Shown: piece after piece, positions 12,187 to 25,090 of the stretch
Layout: each line of letters starts with the position of its first letter
How positions within the stretch are numbered: the stretch's first letter is position 1
Assembly: GCA_043228905.1 (NCBI GenBank)
Contig: JBHGNT010000022.1
Location: 8,246,001 to 8,310,000, forward strand
Length of the DNA: 64,000 nt
Source: Azolla caroliniana
Lineage: Eukaryota; Plantae; Polypodiophyta
Reading direction: 5' to 3'
Program-made: the position numbers and the translations under genes
Notes under the pieces: model-generated
Databases searched by the model: none
Told to the model about the DNA's origin: nothing
What the model saw: the letters and a program-made list of their open reading frames with translations, nothing else

Positions 12187-12730
12187 CACATAACATATAC
12201 AATCATACACACATGCCATACATAAAATATATACAATAAACGAAATCAATACAATACAATACAATATGTACATACATACACACATACCTATATACACTTA
12301 CATACATACACATACATACAATACAATATGTACACACACACGTGTGTGTGTCTGTGTAGACGATACATACACACACACAAACATAACACACATCACACGT
12401 GTTATACATACAATAAATGCAATTAAATACAATACAATATAATATGTACATACATACACACATACCTATATACACATGCAATTCAATCCATACAATACCT
12501 ATATACACATACACATACACACACACACACAAACAAACAAACAAACATAACACACAACAAACATGCATACCACATACAAACATACATACGCACACACAAA
12601 CAAAACAAACAACAGACTTGCATACCACATACAAACATATATGATGTATGGAACATACATACACACAAATCACACATGAATACCACATTCACAATGCACA
12701 CATACACACATATATATGATGTATGCTTAT
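9951..12730. repeat. Low-complexity (TATG)n/(CA)n/(TA)n microsatellite-rich region
   Basis: Direct inspection; ORFs here are H/T/Y/I-rich artefacts. Confidence 0.9.
10904..11681 (+). mobile_element. Solo LTR, copia family A-related, with 54-bp CCGG-rich tandem repeats
   Basis: TGTTGGG..CCCGTCA; TSD GTTTA/ATTTA; close homolog at 47928-48677. Confidence 0.9.
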
Positions 12731-13165
12731 ATGAAAAGTGATGGGTGGGTCATTCTATTTGTAGATAATGGATAAATAATCTATTATTGAAGTGTTTGAG
12801 CATGAGAGGGATGATGAAGATAAACCTTTGGGCATTGTAAGTGTGTGAGGAACTCTTACATATGCAAAGATCCGAGTGGAAATAATTGAGGATGGTATAT
12901 TTTAATATTTTGAATGGGAAACAAGAAGAGAAAAAATAAGGTTATGGCTTCATATGAGTCTATCCATGAAACTAAACATAATAGTTAATTTGTTAGTAAT
13001 TTCATTATTGATATGCATTTTGGATTGTTCCACGTGTGCTTTTTGAGATATATATATAAAGTTCAAGATTGTTTTATTGTAAATTACATTGTTTTTTTAT
13101 CACTCTATATTCTTCATATGTCTCAATAAAATAAAATAAAAACTTATATGTAGCTTATATATGTT

Positions 13166-15820
13166 TTTTTTTTCCAAAAAAAACTACTTCCGTTAGTTAA
13201 GCAATGTACAAAGGATAATTTACAACTCATATCTTATAAGACATCTTGCATGTCAAAGGAAAACAATATGTGTAGATGAAACAACAAAAAAAACAACTCC
13301 AAAGCACCACATCATTCGATGTGTATAGCATTACTCGAACACATATTCTCCACATGAGCCTCATACTAGCAAAATTCAGCATAGATGTCCTCCATTCGCT
13401 CCTCATGGCAGCACCCATCTAGATGTTAGGTACACTTGGAGGGAACAACCACTGTGGTGGTTGATAATTCCACTTCACTTTACCATCCATTATCTGTAGC
13501 ATCGACGAACCGCTCCATTTCAGCAAGAAACGAGCTCTCGCTTTTTCACTTGCGTCAGATGGCCCTTGAAGACTTTCAAACTCACCTCGCAACATAGAAA
13601 TAAGATTGAACCAGATCATCATTAGATTCTCAACCGGTGGGGTTCATTTACCTGCAAAGGTCTCCTTGCACCTAGATACCCACACTTGCCAGACTGTAAG
13701 GCCAACCACTAATACCCATATGTCCACGCAGCGTTCCTATAAGAAGAATAAAGCTCCTTGCGCTGGTTGCACAGATCCTTGCATCACCTTTAAAGAATGA
13801 CTGTTTCCATTCCACCCTTGAAACCACGAGGCCGATTCAATGGCCAACCAAGTGATTGTTGCGCTCGATACATGAACCTCAACACCGAACCGAGCCAAGA
13901 TTCTTAAGCTCCTCAACCAAATTTCTTGCACTCGAGGGTAGCACCACAAACAATGAGCGATGTCCTCCAAGCTCACACTACAGGCCTTGCAACCACTCAT
14001 GCCGCCTTTATTCCCAAGCCACTCTCCCGTTGGAACAGCTTGATGGGTGATTAACCAGAAAAACACTTTGATCTGCTCGAGAAGGGATGAGTTCCATATG
14101 CTGCTCCTTGTTCTATCCACGAAGGCTGAATCGATAGCTGCATGGGACCACTTGTTGGCACACTTCTCACGATACGAACCTAACTTTCTCCCCAACCGCG
14201 TCGAGTATTTGAAGAAACCTAATGATTTATCTTGTTCTCCCTTCCACGTATATTCAACAAGATCCCATTCTACGCGCTCGAGAGGCTTGCCTTCAACCAC
14301 GTACAAGAGCCAATCCTCCTCAACCTCTTCGACTGGTGGATTCACCTTCCATTTCTTTCCGGCTCTTGCCATAATTCTAATCGGGTACCAGCCTACACTT
14401 CCATCTAATAATCCAATCTAGATGGTCTTCCCATTCTTTCCTAGACCCCTAACATTGATAATTTTTCCGGTATCATCACATTGTTCGGACCATTCACCCT
14501 CTTCCTCATTACCAATAGGAAGCGAGGAGACAACTGTATTGACTACGTCAAGCATCTTTCTACCATTTCTGACCTTTCCCAAGTCTTCATATAGTTGATC
14601 ACCATTATTGCCGGATAGCCGCATCCAATCAGCCACCGAGTGTATCCCTAGACAATACAATGTAGCCCACGGCATGTGCTTGCTTTGTCCAAGCATCATT
14701 CCTTCTGGCGATTGTACGATCTCGTTCCACAGTAGGGGTTGGCGCATCCATTCAGCACTAGTACTTGGACGATTCCGACTTAGATGCCCACAGAGCATAC
14801 TCCACGCCTACATCACTGACATACAAGTACAATCAGCCAACCGGTTAGATTTCCTCAACTTTAAGGCCATACAAAAAGGCCACGCTTTGTGTGACTTCCA
14901 ATGTCCACCCAGTCTTGAACTCCAGACAATGCTCCTATTATGCATCAATGTTTTCCATAACTCATTACCAGGTAGCAAGCTCCTTACCAATACCTTACAT
15001 AACAATGCTTGACTCTGCAATCCAGGGTCAATCAATCCTAAACCCCCCTTACTCTTGGGAAGAACCAACGTAGACCATGATACTTTGGCTGTCGCATTGT
15101 CTTTCCTCATCCCAGCCCAAAGGAATCCCCTAATACACGTTTTAACATTATGAATAGCTTGCTTGTCAAACATCCACACTGAAACTGCATGCCATAACAT
15201 ACACAAGAGCACATGGTTAGCTACTATGATCCTGCCAGCCAATGATAAGTTCATCCCTGACCAGTTGCGAATTTTGTCACAGATTTTGCTTTGAATTTGT
15301 TGCAACTGAATTCCTTTGTCGATGTCTACCCCAATCCACGTGCCCAGATACCTAGTGGTGTCCCCGTTTGCAATCCATTTGAATTTAGCATTTGGCTTCC
15401 AAACAGGCTCGGACTCCAAGCTGATCCAAAAACCCTTGGACTTCTTCCAATTGATGGACGCTCCCGATGCCTTGCAAAAGAGCTCAATAGCACTCTGTGC
15501 CCTCTCAAGATTCGCTTCATTTCCTTGGAGGTATAGCATCGTATCGTCCGCGAACTCCGAGTCCAGCAGGGACTTCCTTGAATTAGGGATCGAAAGACCA
15601 TGAAGATTTGCCCCTTGACTATTAAAAAGGGCAAACATTGCTTTAGTAATAAAAAGGAAAAGAAAGGGGGCAAGAGGACAACCCTGCCTGATGGATCGAG
15701 TTAGAAAGATTCGAGCTCCTTTCCTCCCTGCAATCAACACCTTACTCGAGCCATTCCTATATAAGGCTTGGGCAGCACATCTCCACTCCAAAGGTAGCTC
15801 AATGACCTTCATTATATAAG
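13166..15820 (-). mobile_element. 5'-truncated L1-type LINE (RT C-terminal half, zf-RVT, poly-A tail)
   Basis: IRQGCPLAPFLF, FADD, KSKGGLGL, CKAC..HCLWC; T-run at 13164-13173; 13-bp TSD GCTTATATATGTT at 13153-13165 and 15821-15833. Confidence 0.93.
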
Positions 15821-16148
15821 GCTTATATATGTTATACCTCTAGTGTTTTTGGGTAATGTTTCCTAATTATGTGTGCATTACTTTGTACTTTACACATTGT
15901 GTTTTCAATCTATGTGGCACTTGATGAAGCATTTCTAGGAATTGCATATGAAGTTCATAATTTTGCGACTCATTAATTGTAAAGGCAGTTATTGATCACT
16001 TCTAGGATTGGAAACTATGTATGCATATATATTTTATATGTAAGGGTATTTAAAATGGGTGGTTATCAAAAAATATATTGGTATTAAGGGGTATTTTTAT
16101 TAATCTTTTTTCTACAAAAGGGTCACTAAAATAGTAAAAACCATACGT

Positions 16149-16906
16149 TGTCGTAGTGTAATTCGCACACTACGTGAAAATCACATTTTTGTCCCTCTGG
16201 ATGGAACCGATGAGAACCGGATGAAGGATGGAATCGGCAAGTAGGAACCGATAAGGAGACCTGGTAAGAACCGGATCAAGCAGAACCTGCAAGAGCCGGA
16301 TAAAGAAGGCCGGTGAGAGTCTCTCACAAGATGAAGAGACAAATTTGTAAATAGAAGAAAAGATTGTTACATGCATAGGGCAAGATTCGAACCCTGTACC
16401 TCCATGTGAACGATTTTTAAGCCTTACCACTATATTAGCATATTATGAATTGTAAAGTTATACTAAACTTTATCCCATGTAAATATTCTAGATATGCATG
16501 GTACAAAAAATTATTCATGCATACACACTCGAGTTAAAAGAAAAGTTGGGATAGGAAGCTAATCATGCACATGCAGTGTGCATGAAAACTAAAGTTAGGA
16601 AAAGCATGATGCTTGCATGTGATAAACTTAGACTCTTCCAACACTATATAAGGAAGAGAGAAAGATGTATAGGTGTTGTTGATTTGTATAAGGTTGGAAT
16701 AAGATAAAACTATTCGTGGGATTCATGATTTTGCCATCTATTTCTCTCTTACATTCTAAGTATCAATTAATACACTATACTCGTGGGATTCATGAGTTTC
16801 ATATCTTCCTTCAAATATATCTCTTTCTTGCAATACTTTCCCCTAGTCCAAAACCCAGCGGTTCCCACCCAACTCACGTAACGATCTGACGCCGAAAGGC
16901 ACGACA
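16149..16906 (+). mobile_element. Solo LTR (TGTCGT..ACGACA family), 4-bp TSD ACGT
   Basis: Termini TGTCGTAG/CACGACA; homologous to 61018-61728. Confidence 0.88.
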
Positions 16907-16929
16907 ACGTATAAGGGGTTTATAAATGA

Positions 16930-17461
16930 TGTCATGAATGCACGTGATACAACCATCTTATATATAGTGGAGTCCCCGGGATAAATTAACTTACCACTAA
17001 AGCCACTACTGAGTGCTTTAGAATTTGTATATTTTCTTTTCATATTCAGTAATTTGTAGGAAGCAAACATATAGAAACCGTGGGCACAAAACCATGGTTT
17101 TAGCCCATGGTTTGAGCTCGTGGTTTTAGCCCATGGTTTTAGCCCGTGGGTTTAGCCCGTGGGTTTAGCCCATGGAGAGACCTATAAAAGCCTATAGTTG
17201 GGCTTGTGTAAGGGGGGAAGTGATGTAAGTAAAAAAGAAACTTTTAATCAAAGATTTGAGTTATCCTAATGGTGATGTATCTTGTCTCGAAAAACTAAAG
17301 CCAAGGGTTCAATCTCTATCTCCATCTCTCTCTCTCTCTCTCAATCCATCTATCTATCTTCAATACTTTCTCGCTTACGCTGCTAAAAACATCGAATCCT
17401 TCCGGTCTAGGACCCCAGTGATCCCGCTTAGTTTCGCGAACACGCGAGGATTTCCTCGACA
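16930..17461 (+). mobile_element. LTR of a related subfamily (TGTCATG..CCTCGACA); flanks do not match, so probably recombinant
   Basis: From about 16985 to its end it is near-identical to the solo LTR at 58733-59325; contains TTAGCCCRTGG repeats. Confidence 0.75.
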
Positions 17462-19612
17462 CCGGAACGATTCGGACCGGAAAGGGTCGAATCAGAAGGG
17501 AACGTCGGCGATCGCAACAAGTGAAGAAGAACTTATGCTCATTATTGAGGAGAATGAGTTAAACCTTGTCGGCGATGAGACAACGTGGGTTGTCAATTCC
17601 GGAGCATCGTTCCATTTGACACCGGACCGAAAATGCTTCTCATCCTACATAGCCAGAGATCATGGTTGTGTCCGGATGGGGAATGAAGGTACATGCCAAA
17701 TTGTCGGCATAGGAGATGTGTTGTTGACGACATCAACCGGATACAAATTGTTGTTGAAAGAAGTTTGACACGTTCTGGAGGTTTGGTTGAACCTGATATC
17801 AGCCGGTTGGCTAGATGATGAAGGCTACACGGGTAACATCCAGAACAGAGTCATGAAGTTCAGCAAGGGAAGCTTTATCGTGGCTCAAGTCTGGAAGATC
17901 AACACGTTGTACATGATGCATGCATGGATATGCTTGGAAGAAGTGAACGTAGCATCCAACACTGCCGGTGAGCTATGACACAAGAGACTATGTCACATGA
18001 GCCAAAAGGGGATGAGAAGACTTGCCAAAGACAACCTCATTCCGAAGATGAAAGACGTGCATCTTGAGAAATGCACCAATTGCTTAGCCGGCAAGCAAAA
18101 CCGAACATCCTTCCAGTCAAAAACACTGATGAGATGGAATGCACCACTGGAGCTACTACATACCAATGTGTGCACGTGGACATGAAGTCACATGCGGGAT
18201 TGCAGTACTTTGTGACGTTTAAGGATGACCACAGTCAGAAGTTGTGGGTCTCACCATTGAAGACGAAGGATCAGGTGTTGTCTGTCTTCAAGGAACTCCA
18301 CGCAAGAGTGGAAAGAGAAACTGGTTGGAAGCTGAAAGCGGTTCGAGTAGGTAATGGAGGAGAGTATTGGGGGCAGTTCGAAGAGTATTGTCGATCGAAG
18401 GGAATCTAGCTCGAATTCACCGTGCCGAAAACGCCAGAACTAAACGGGTTGGCCGAATGGATGAACCAGACCGTGATGGAGAGAGTCTAGAGCATGTTGG
18501 CACATGCAACACTGCCCAAGACATTTTGGGCTGAGGCACTGATGATGGCAACGTACGTGATTAACAGGTCACCCCGGCACCCTTGGAAGGAGACACACCA
18601 TAGAGAGCATGGACCGTTAAAGACGTGTCTTATCGGCATCTAAAGGTGTTCGGGTGTCTGACATATATGCATGTTGCAAACGACAAGAGAGCAAAACTAG
18701 ATCCAAAAGCCAGGCCATGCATATTCCTCGAATACGGTGATGATGAGTTCGGTTACCGGGTGTGGGATCTAGTCGACAAGAAGGTGTTCCGGAGTCAGGA
18801 CATAGTCTTCATGGAGGACAAGACCATTTCCAACTTGGAGTCGGAGAAGAAAGTGATGAACTCCGGATCATCCAATGAAAACCGGCTTGAGGACACAAGG
18901 ACTTACCCGGTTGAAAACCGGATGTTGGCCGGCAACTTGATGACACTCGACGAACTGGCCGGATATGGACAAGAAACCGAACCGACCGAAAATGATGATG
19001 AAGAAGAAGACACCGGAACTGGACAAGATGCTGAATCGGATTCGGATTTGGATTCGGATTCGGAACAAATGGAGGAACTGGTGGTCAGAAACCAAGGACG
19101 GAGATATCCAGAACAAGTGGGCTGAAACCAAGAGATGCCAAAAATCCACCAAGGTACAAAGCCCGAATCGTGGTGAAGGGGTTCTAGCAGAAGAAAGGAG
19201 TGGATTTCGACGAGATCTTCGTCCCGGTAGTAAAAATGACATCCATCCGGACCGCAAGCATGGACCTCGAGGTAGAGCAACTGGATGTCAAGACGGCATT
19301 TGTCATAATATGGCAAGACTCGAACCCATGAACTTATGTTACATGGCTCGAGCTCTTCACCATTACACTATCTATTGTAATACATAATATATTATTTTTA
19401 TTCAAGTTTTACTATAGAAAATTAATGTATATTCCAGATTTCTCTGGAACATTCTAGAAACTTCAGGACTACTCCCGAGAACACTATAAAAGGAGACACA
19501 AGGCATTATTTCAAACCAAATCGGTTCAACGCCAGTCTTAAGCCTCCTAGCCTTCCTTGTATATTCTTCTCACATAATATATCGTTGTCATTATCATTTT
19601 CTCTACCTCGAT

Positions 19613-20177
19613 TCCTCTGTAAATCAAGCCTTTTTGCAACGCCAATGTATCATGACATGGGACAAATGTGGAGGCTCGCGCTTCACACATTATACTACAC
19701 ATGTTGCACCTAACTACAAAACCATATTCTTTGCGAAACAGGGAAATTGTACACATTGATACATGCTAGAGCCCATACCGTTATTTTCCATTCGAACCAT
19801 TGCTTCCATGCGACTTAGCTCACATGCATTGCGATGTGAAACAGGGCGTTGGGGCACAAGTGATGAGAGTGGTCGGCAATGCACACTTTGCCCTAAACAA
19901 GTTCGCGAGTCTGAGTATCACACTTTGATACAATGCTCTACCTTTGATCATATTCGACCATGCTTTCCACATCTCTTCGACCGAGCCCAATCTTTGCATG
20001 AATTCCTCTCACAACCACAATCTGTACTCTCGATTGCAACATTCATTGGTAAAGTTCTTGAACATCTAGAGTCACTACTCACTTTGACATGTATCACGTG
20101 AAATGTAATATTTCTGGCCTCATAGGTCATATTTGACCTCCGAAGACGATAATATAATCTATCTATCTATCTATCTA
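19613..20177 (+). mobile_element. 3' fragment of a non-L1 LINE (RTEX/CR1-like) with (ATCT)n tail, inserted in the chromovirus 5' LTR
   Basis: RLSSHALRCETGRW..CTLC..ESEYHTLIQC C-terminal motif; absent from the 3' LTR. Confidence 0.75.
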
Positions 20178-22131
20178 TCTCTCCTTCTCTCGAGTGTTCT
20201 ACACCCTCTATTCCTCTTAGTACTAATATTCCTCTCTTAGTACTAATTTCTTCTCTATCTCGGTACTATTCCTGACAGTTTGAACTGATTTTTCTCCTTC
20301 CGTCTTCTCCTTTCCTCCTCTTCATTTTATCTTCTTACATAACAGTTTGATCGGTCTTCCTACAAAATTTGATGGGACCTGATCACAATTTAGAGGTTTC
20401 TGAATCAGGTATGTTCAATGATTCAAATGCATCCTTCTCGATATCCCACTGACGCATCACGAGTGGGACTAGTAGGCACTCTACTTAGTGGCTCAACATT
20501 GGCATGGTTCGCTCCGTTGTTAGAAAAGGAATCTCCATTACTAAACAATTTTGAAGAATTTATAAGTTAGTTTAAAACCTATTTTGGAGATACTGACAAC
20601 ATAAGGACAACAATCAACAAAATCCGACGACTACGCCAAGGTGATTGTCCAGCTTCCGCATACGCTATAGATTTCCGCCTCCTCGCATCCGATATCCCTT
20701 GGGATGATCAAGCATTGATGGAGGAATTTCGTTATGGTTTACGCAACGATGTCAAGGATGTACTCTTGACCTTCCTCGAGGGAGTCATATAATGCGTCTC
20801 CAGTGAATACTCCGACTCTGATGGAGATTGACAATACACGTCATTGCGGACCATTATCGGAAGAAGAAAAGCAACGACGTCGAGCAAATCGACTATGTCT
20901 TTATTGCAATGGACCAGGGCATATTGCAGTAAATTGTCCCCATAGGCCAAGAAGACAGGTAAACCAAATAGTTGCTAGTTCTAATTGTACTAAACCCGAG
21001 TCTATTTCAGTAGGAATATCTGATAGTCCTAATAGTACTAATAGCCCAAATCTAGCGAACAAATTTGATGTACTTAGTCAGTTAGAAGAAGAGTTAAATG
21101 AATAAGTCTAGCTAAAATAGGAATTGTTTGGTTGGACAACCCTAGATCTGTGCAGCCCATTAGTGGTTCCATTCCCTCTAAGCAAGTTAGCAATGTGTTC
21201 GTAGCCCAAGTAACAGTTAGTACTAAAAGTACCCCTCCAGTACTTGTGACTCTTAGCACTTCTAGATATCTCTAATTCTTGCTTCATGGATAGGAATTTT
21301 GCCCAAGCTCATCAAATATCTCTCAGAAAACTCCCGCGTCCAGCCTCTGTAGTAGCCATTGATGGTCATCCCATTGCTTCCGAAAATATCATAGAAGAGT
21401 CAGAGCCCGTTAATATTGTCCTAGATAATCTAGCGTGTGTAGTATCATTTAATATAACTAGTATCCCAGAACATCCCATTGTTTTAGGATTACCATGGTT
21501 CGAATTACATAACCCAGACATAGATTGGAGAACAAGAGAAATCTGGTATCGATAAGCTAGAGGATCTACTCATAAGATTGCAACCATTTCACTACATCAA
21601 TTGCGGGAAGAAAGACACAAGGAAGAAATGTTTCTCTTCGCAATATCAGTAAAACCCTCTGACACCACTAAAGAGGAGTCCACTGTTCAACTTCCAAAGA
21701 AGTATCATCATTATGCCGATGTGTTCGATAAAGTACAAGCTAATACGCTTCCTCACCATCGACCGTATGATTGCCCCATCGATTTACAACCGGGAAAAGA
21801 GCCACCGTGGGGACCGATCTACAATTTGTCAACAACCGAGCTAGAAGTCCTTTGAGCCTATATGGAGGAGAATTTGGAAAATGGTTTCATTTGGCATTCG
21901 AAATCTCCAGCCGACGCACCCATTTTCTGTGTCAAGAAAAAGGATGGATCACTTCGTCTCGTAGTAGATTATCGTTGCTTGAATAAGGTCACCATCAGAA
22001 ATAGGTATGCACTTCCTCTTATCTCAAGTCCTTTAGAATGGATCAATGGTGCAAGGTTCTTCACGAAGATCGACTTACGGGGGGGAGCATATAACCTCGT
22101 ACGGATCCGAGAGATGAATGGAAAATAACGT

Positions 22132-25090
22132 TGTCGTGGAGAAAACTGGCCATAGGAGAAAACGGGGGAAAAGACGCAGGAACCGACCCTTACGCGTGGC
22201 CAGACTATTTATTAAGGTGTACATAACCAGATCTGATTTAGCTGATGTAAATATACTAGGTAGTACACATTAATTGTCTAGGGAATCCAAGTGTATCTCT
22301 GTCCGATGGGACAGAGGATAAATGTATGTAACCGAGGATAAAAGGGAGGGGAGAAGACTGATACAAGGACCATGCATTTTTGAGAGGGAAGTGTTGTCGG
22401 ATTGGGAACCGAGCTCTCTCCTCCACTATCGTTGTTCCTTTTGCAGGGATTTGGGTTAGGTTGGTTGCCTCTATTGCATGAAAACCCGTGTGCTTTCGGT
22501 AGAGGCTCCACTGCGTATTTCAGTGCATGTGTTCATGTCACCAGCTTGTCGGTTGTAACATTGCAAGCTCGGTAATCTATACTGTTATTGGAATTGATTC
22601 GTTTGTTTCTGTCTCTCTGTGTTTCTGCGAGTCTCTCTCCCTCTTCTCTCTCACGCTCCTCGGTTCAGGGTCCCTGCGGTCCCGCCGTACTTCATACGCG
22701 AGTGCGTAACAACACGACATCAAATTGGTGAACCCGACGTGAAGAGGCAGCGAGGACGAAGATGGAAGACAAAGACTTCGACTTTGCGGAGATGATGGCG
22801 AAGATTGTGATGGATGCCCGACGGAAGAAGGCGAGGCAAGATGCGACTCAACAAGTCGTCGAGAGGGTGGTCGATCGAGTTGGCCGATTCAACGAGGACA
22901 ATGTCCCGAGGTTCTTGAAAGCGTACAATGTCGAGATGACGAAGAGGGGCGTGGACGAAGCGATGCGGCTAGAAAATTTTCGTCGAGTGGTAGCCGTATT
23001 AGTGCACAAAGAGGTCAAGGAGCTTCAAGAAGCTCACGAGTCATGGGATTCCTTTGAGGGAGCTCTATTGGAGGCATATGGATACGCGAAACTGGAGTGG
23101 GTATGCCGGCAACCCGATGGGGAGCGGTCGACAACAATGTGGTCTATGAGTGGCAGAGAAGAGAGGGCGGTGAGTGGCTATGCACTACCGCAAGAAGAGA
23201 GCTCGATGTACGATCAACCGGAGGAGTACGACCTAGAGGCGTTGGTATGGGAAGCGTGCGAGAGCATGAAGGCGAAGTTCGAAGCCAAAGAAGGGCTTAT
23301 TATGGAGTCGGGCCAGAGACGATCGGAGGATGCGGAGGAAGAAGCCTCCCTACGCGTGGACGATGGGGTCGATGCATAGGCCGGAAGAGCGTGCAACAAT
23401 GACGACGAGGGAGAGGGTGCGGAGCAAGAGACCCTCTCATCCTGTGGAAAAGGGACGGCCATGGATGAGGCCGGTGACTACGAAGCAGGGAGCGCCACTT
23501 CGAGAGTGGGCGGAGGATTCGGGACACGGTGGCCCGAAACATCAAGCGGGGAGGAGATGAGCGGTGGTGCCAGGACCTTACCCACACCGATTCTAGAGAC
23601 TCCAGTGTCCCGCCCGAGAGTCGGTGTGAGACCTAGAGTGACTAACGGTGGCGGCGGCAAGGCGGGCAACCAAGACGACGGCAAGGAGATCGAGGAAGAG
23701 GAGGCGGCAAGCGTAATCGAGGCTTCTACGATCGAAGACGGTGTAGCCACGGACAACGACGTCCGGATGGAGGTGGCTACGGTTCTAGAGACTCCGGCAT
23801 CCGGCCCGAGAGCCGGTATGAGACCTAGAGTGACGGACGGTGGCGGCGGCAAGGCGGGTGACCGAAACGAAGAGGAGGATGCAAACCGAAGAACGAGCGT
23901 GCATTCGGGGAACGATAACAACACATGGGAAGAGCCTACGAAAGGCGAGCTTGGAGCGGAGAGAGTTGGCATGCGGAGGTGTTCGGGGCGCGGACACGAT
24001 CGAACCGACGGAGGGGCATACGCGGCACACAAGGCGTGGAATCCGGCGTACAACCGATGTGACCGGGGGCCCAATTGAAGGGCATACATGGCGGACAAAG
24101 TCGGAGTGGCCGGATCGAGGAAGAGAAGGCGCGAACATCGAATATGGTGGATCGGATGGATTCGGTGGTTCGGGGACAAGCAGTGGACCTGGTGGATCAG
24201 ATGGAGCCGACAGATCGGGATTGGAAGCAGCCGGCAAGGCGGTCGGGTGCCGGGACGGCGGAGGACCCTAAACCCTAAACCGGTTTATCATCATCGCCAA
24301 AATCTCTCACCTTTTCCCTCTTGGCACGTACCAGTGGATGTGCGGTTTGGTGGGGGCAGATGTCGTGAAGATTTCCGGCTACGGTGAGAAAACCGGGAGG
24401 GACAAATAAAATGGAGATGTGCAACATTGCACATGCACTTGTAAATTTGTGTAATAAGAATAAGTAAACAAAATGTAGTGGGAAGGGTAATAATCTAAGG
24501 TGCTAAAGGTGCACCACGAAGTTCATAGAGGAATAATGTGATGTGCACTTTGTAGAGTAGAATGAGTAGTGAGCTCGTGTAAAAAAAGTAAGAGAGAGGA
24601 GAGGTAAAAAGTAGAGGGGAGACAAGCTAAGAATTTACAGAGATAGAATCATTATATAAGAGAGAGTTAATGGGCTAGTGGATAGTCACATTGACTTCTA
24701 GCTAGAGGTGCATGGTTTAAATCTAGTCTTATAGTGTAGCGTGATTTAAGGAATTTTATTCCTTTTTTGCATTAAAGACAAAATTGGCGACCCCCCCTTC
24801 CTTTTTTCCTATAAAAGGAGGTCGAGGGGGGTTCATTTGGGGTTTGTCTATTTTGGGTGAGAGAGGTATACCACTTAGGTCGAGGGGTTCTATTCGGTTT
24901 TAGGGTTTCTTCTAGGGTTTTCTTCTTGCGTTTCTTTTAGGGTTTCTATGCTTCTTTGCTTATTTATCCGGTTAGGGTTTTCTTGTAGTCGTTTTGGGTG
25001 CGGCCTATGCGGTCTTGGTTGTAATTTTGTTTGTGAACTCTTAATATAGAATGTTGATGTTTCTTGTTGTGTGGGTGTATCTTGCCTCCA
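22132..25090 (+). mobile_element. Non-autonomous gag-only LTR element inserted in the chromovirus RT; 5' LTR 22132-22719, tRNA-Trp PBS, truncated divergent 3' LTR from 24361
   Basis: TGTCGTG..CACGACA; PBS TGGTGAACCCGACGTGA at 22726-22742; purine tract TGGTGGGGGCAGA before TGTCGTG at 24361; no pol motifs. Confidence 0.8.
22762..23379 (+). CDS. Truncated gag-like capsid ORF (205 aa)
   Basis: ATG just after the PBS; GRFNEDNVPRFLKAYNVEM..SWDSFEGALLEAY resembles a retrotransposon capsid N-terminal domain. Confidence 0.6.
   Translation: MEDKDFDFAEMMAKIVMDARRKKARQDATQQVVERVVDRVGRFNEDNVPRFLKAYNVEMTKRGVDEAMRLENFRRVVAVLVHKEVKELQEAHESWDSFEGALLEAYGYAKLEWVCRQPDGERSTTMWSMSGREERAVSGYALPQEESSMYDQPEEYDLEALVWEACESMKAKFEAKEGLIMESGQRRSEDAEEEASLRVDDGVDA

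Noticed and set aside
9945-12707. Many H/T/Y/I- or C/V/M-rich ORFs
   Set aside because: Translations of microsatellites.
19311-19370. True tRNA gene
   Set aside because: No acceptor or anticodon stem can be folded; reported only as a tRNA-like promoter module.
24265-24283. CCCTAAACCCTAAAC as an interstitial telomere
   Set aside because: Only two units; a telobox-like motif inside a TE.
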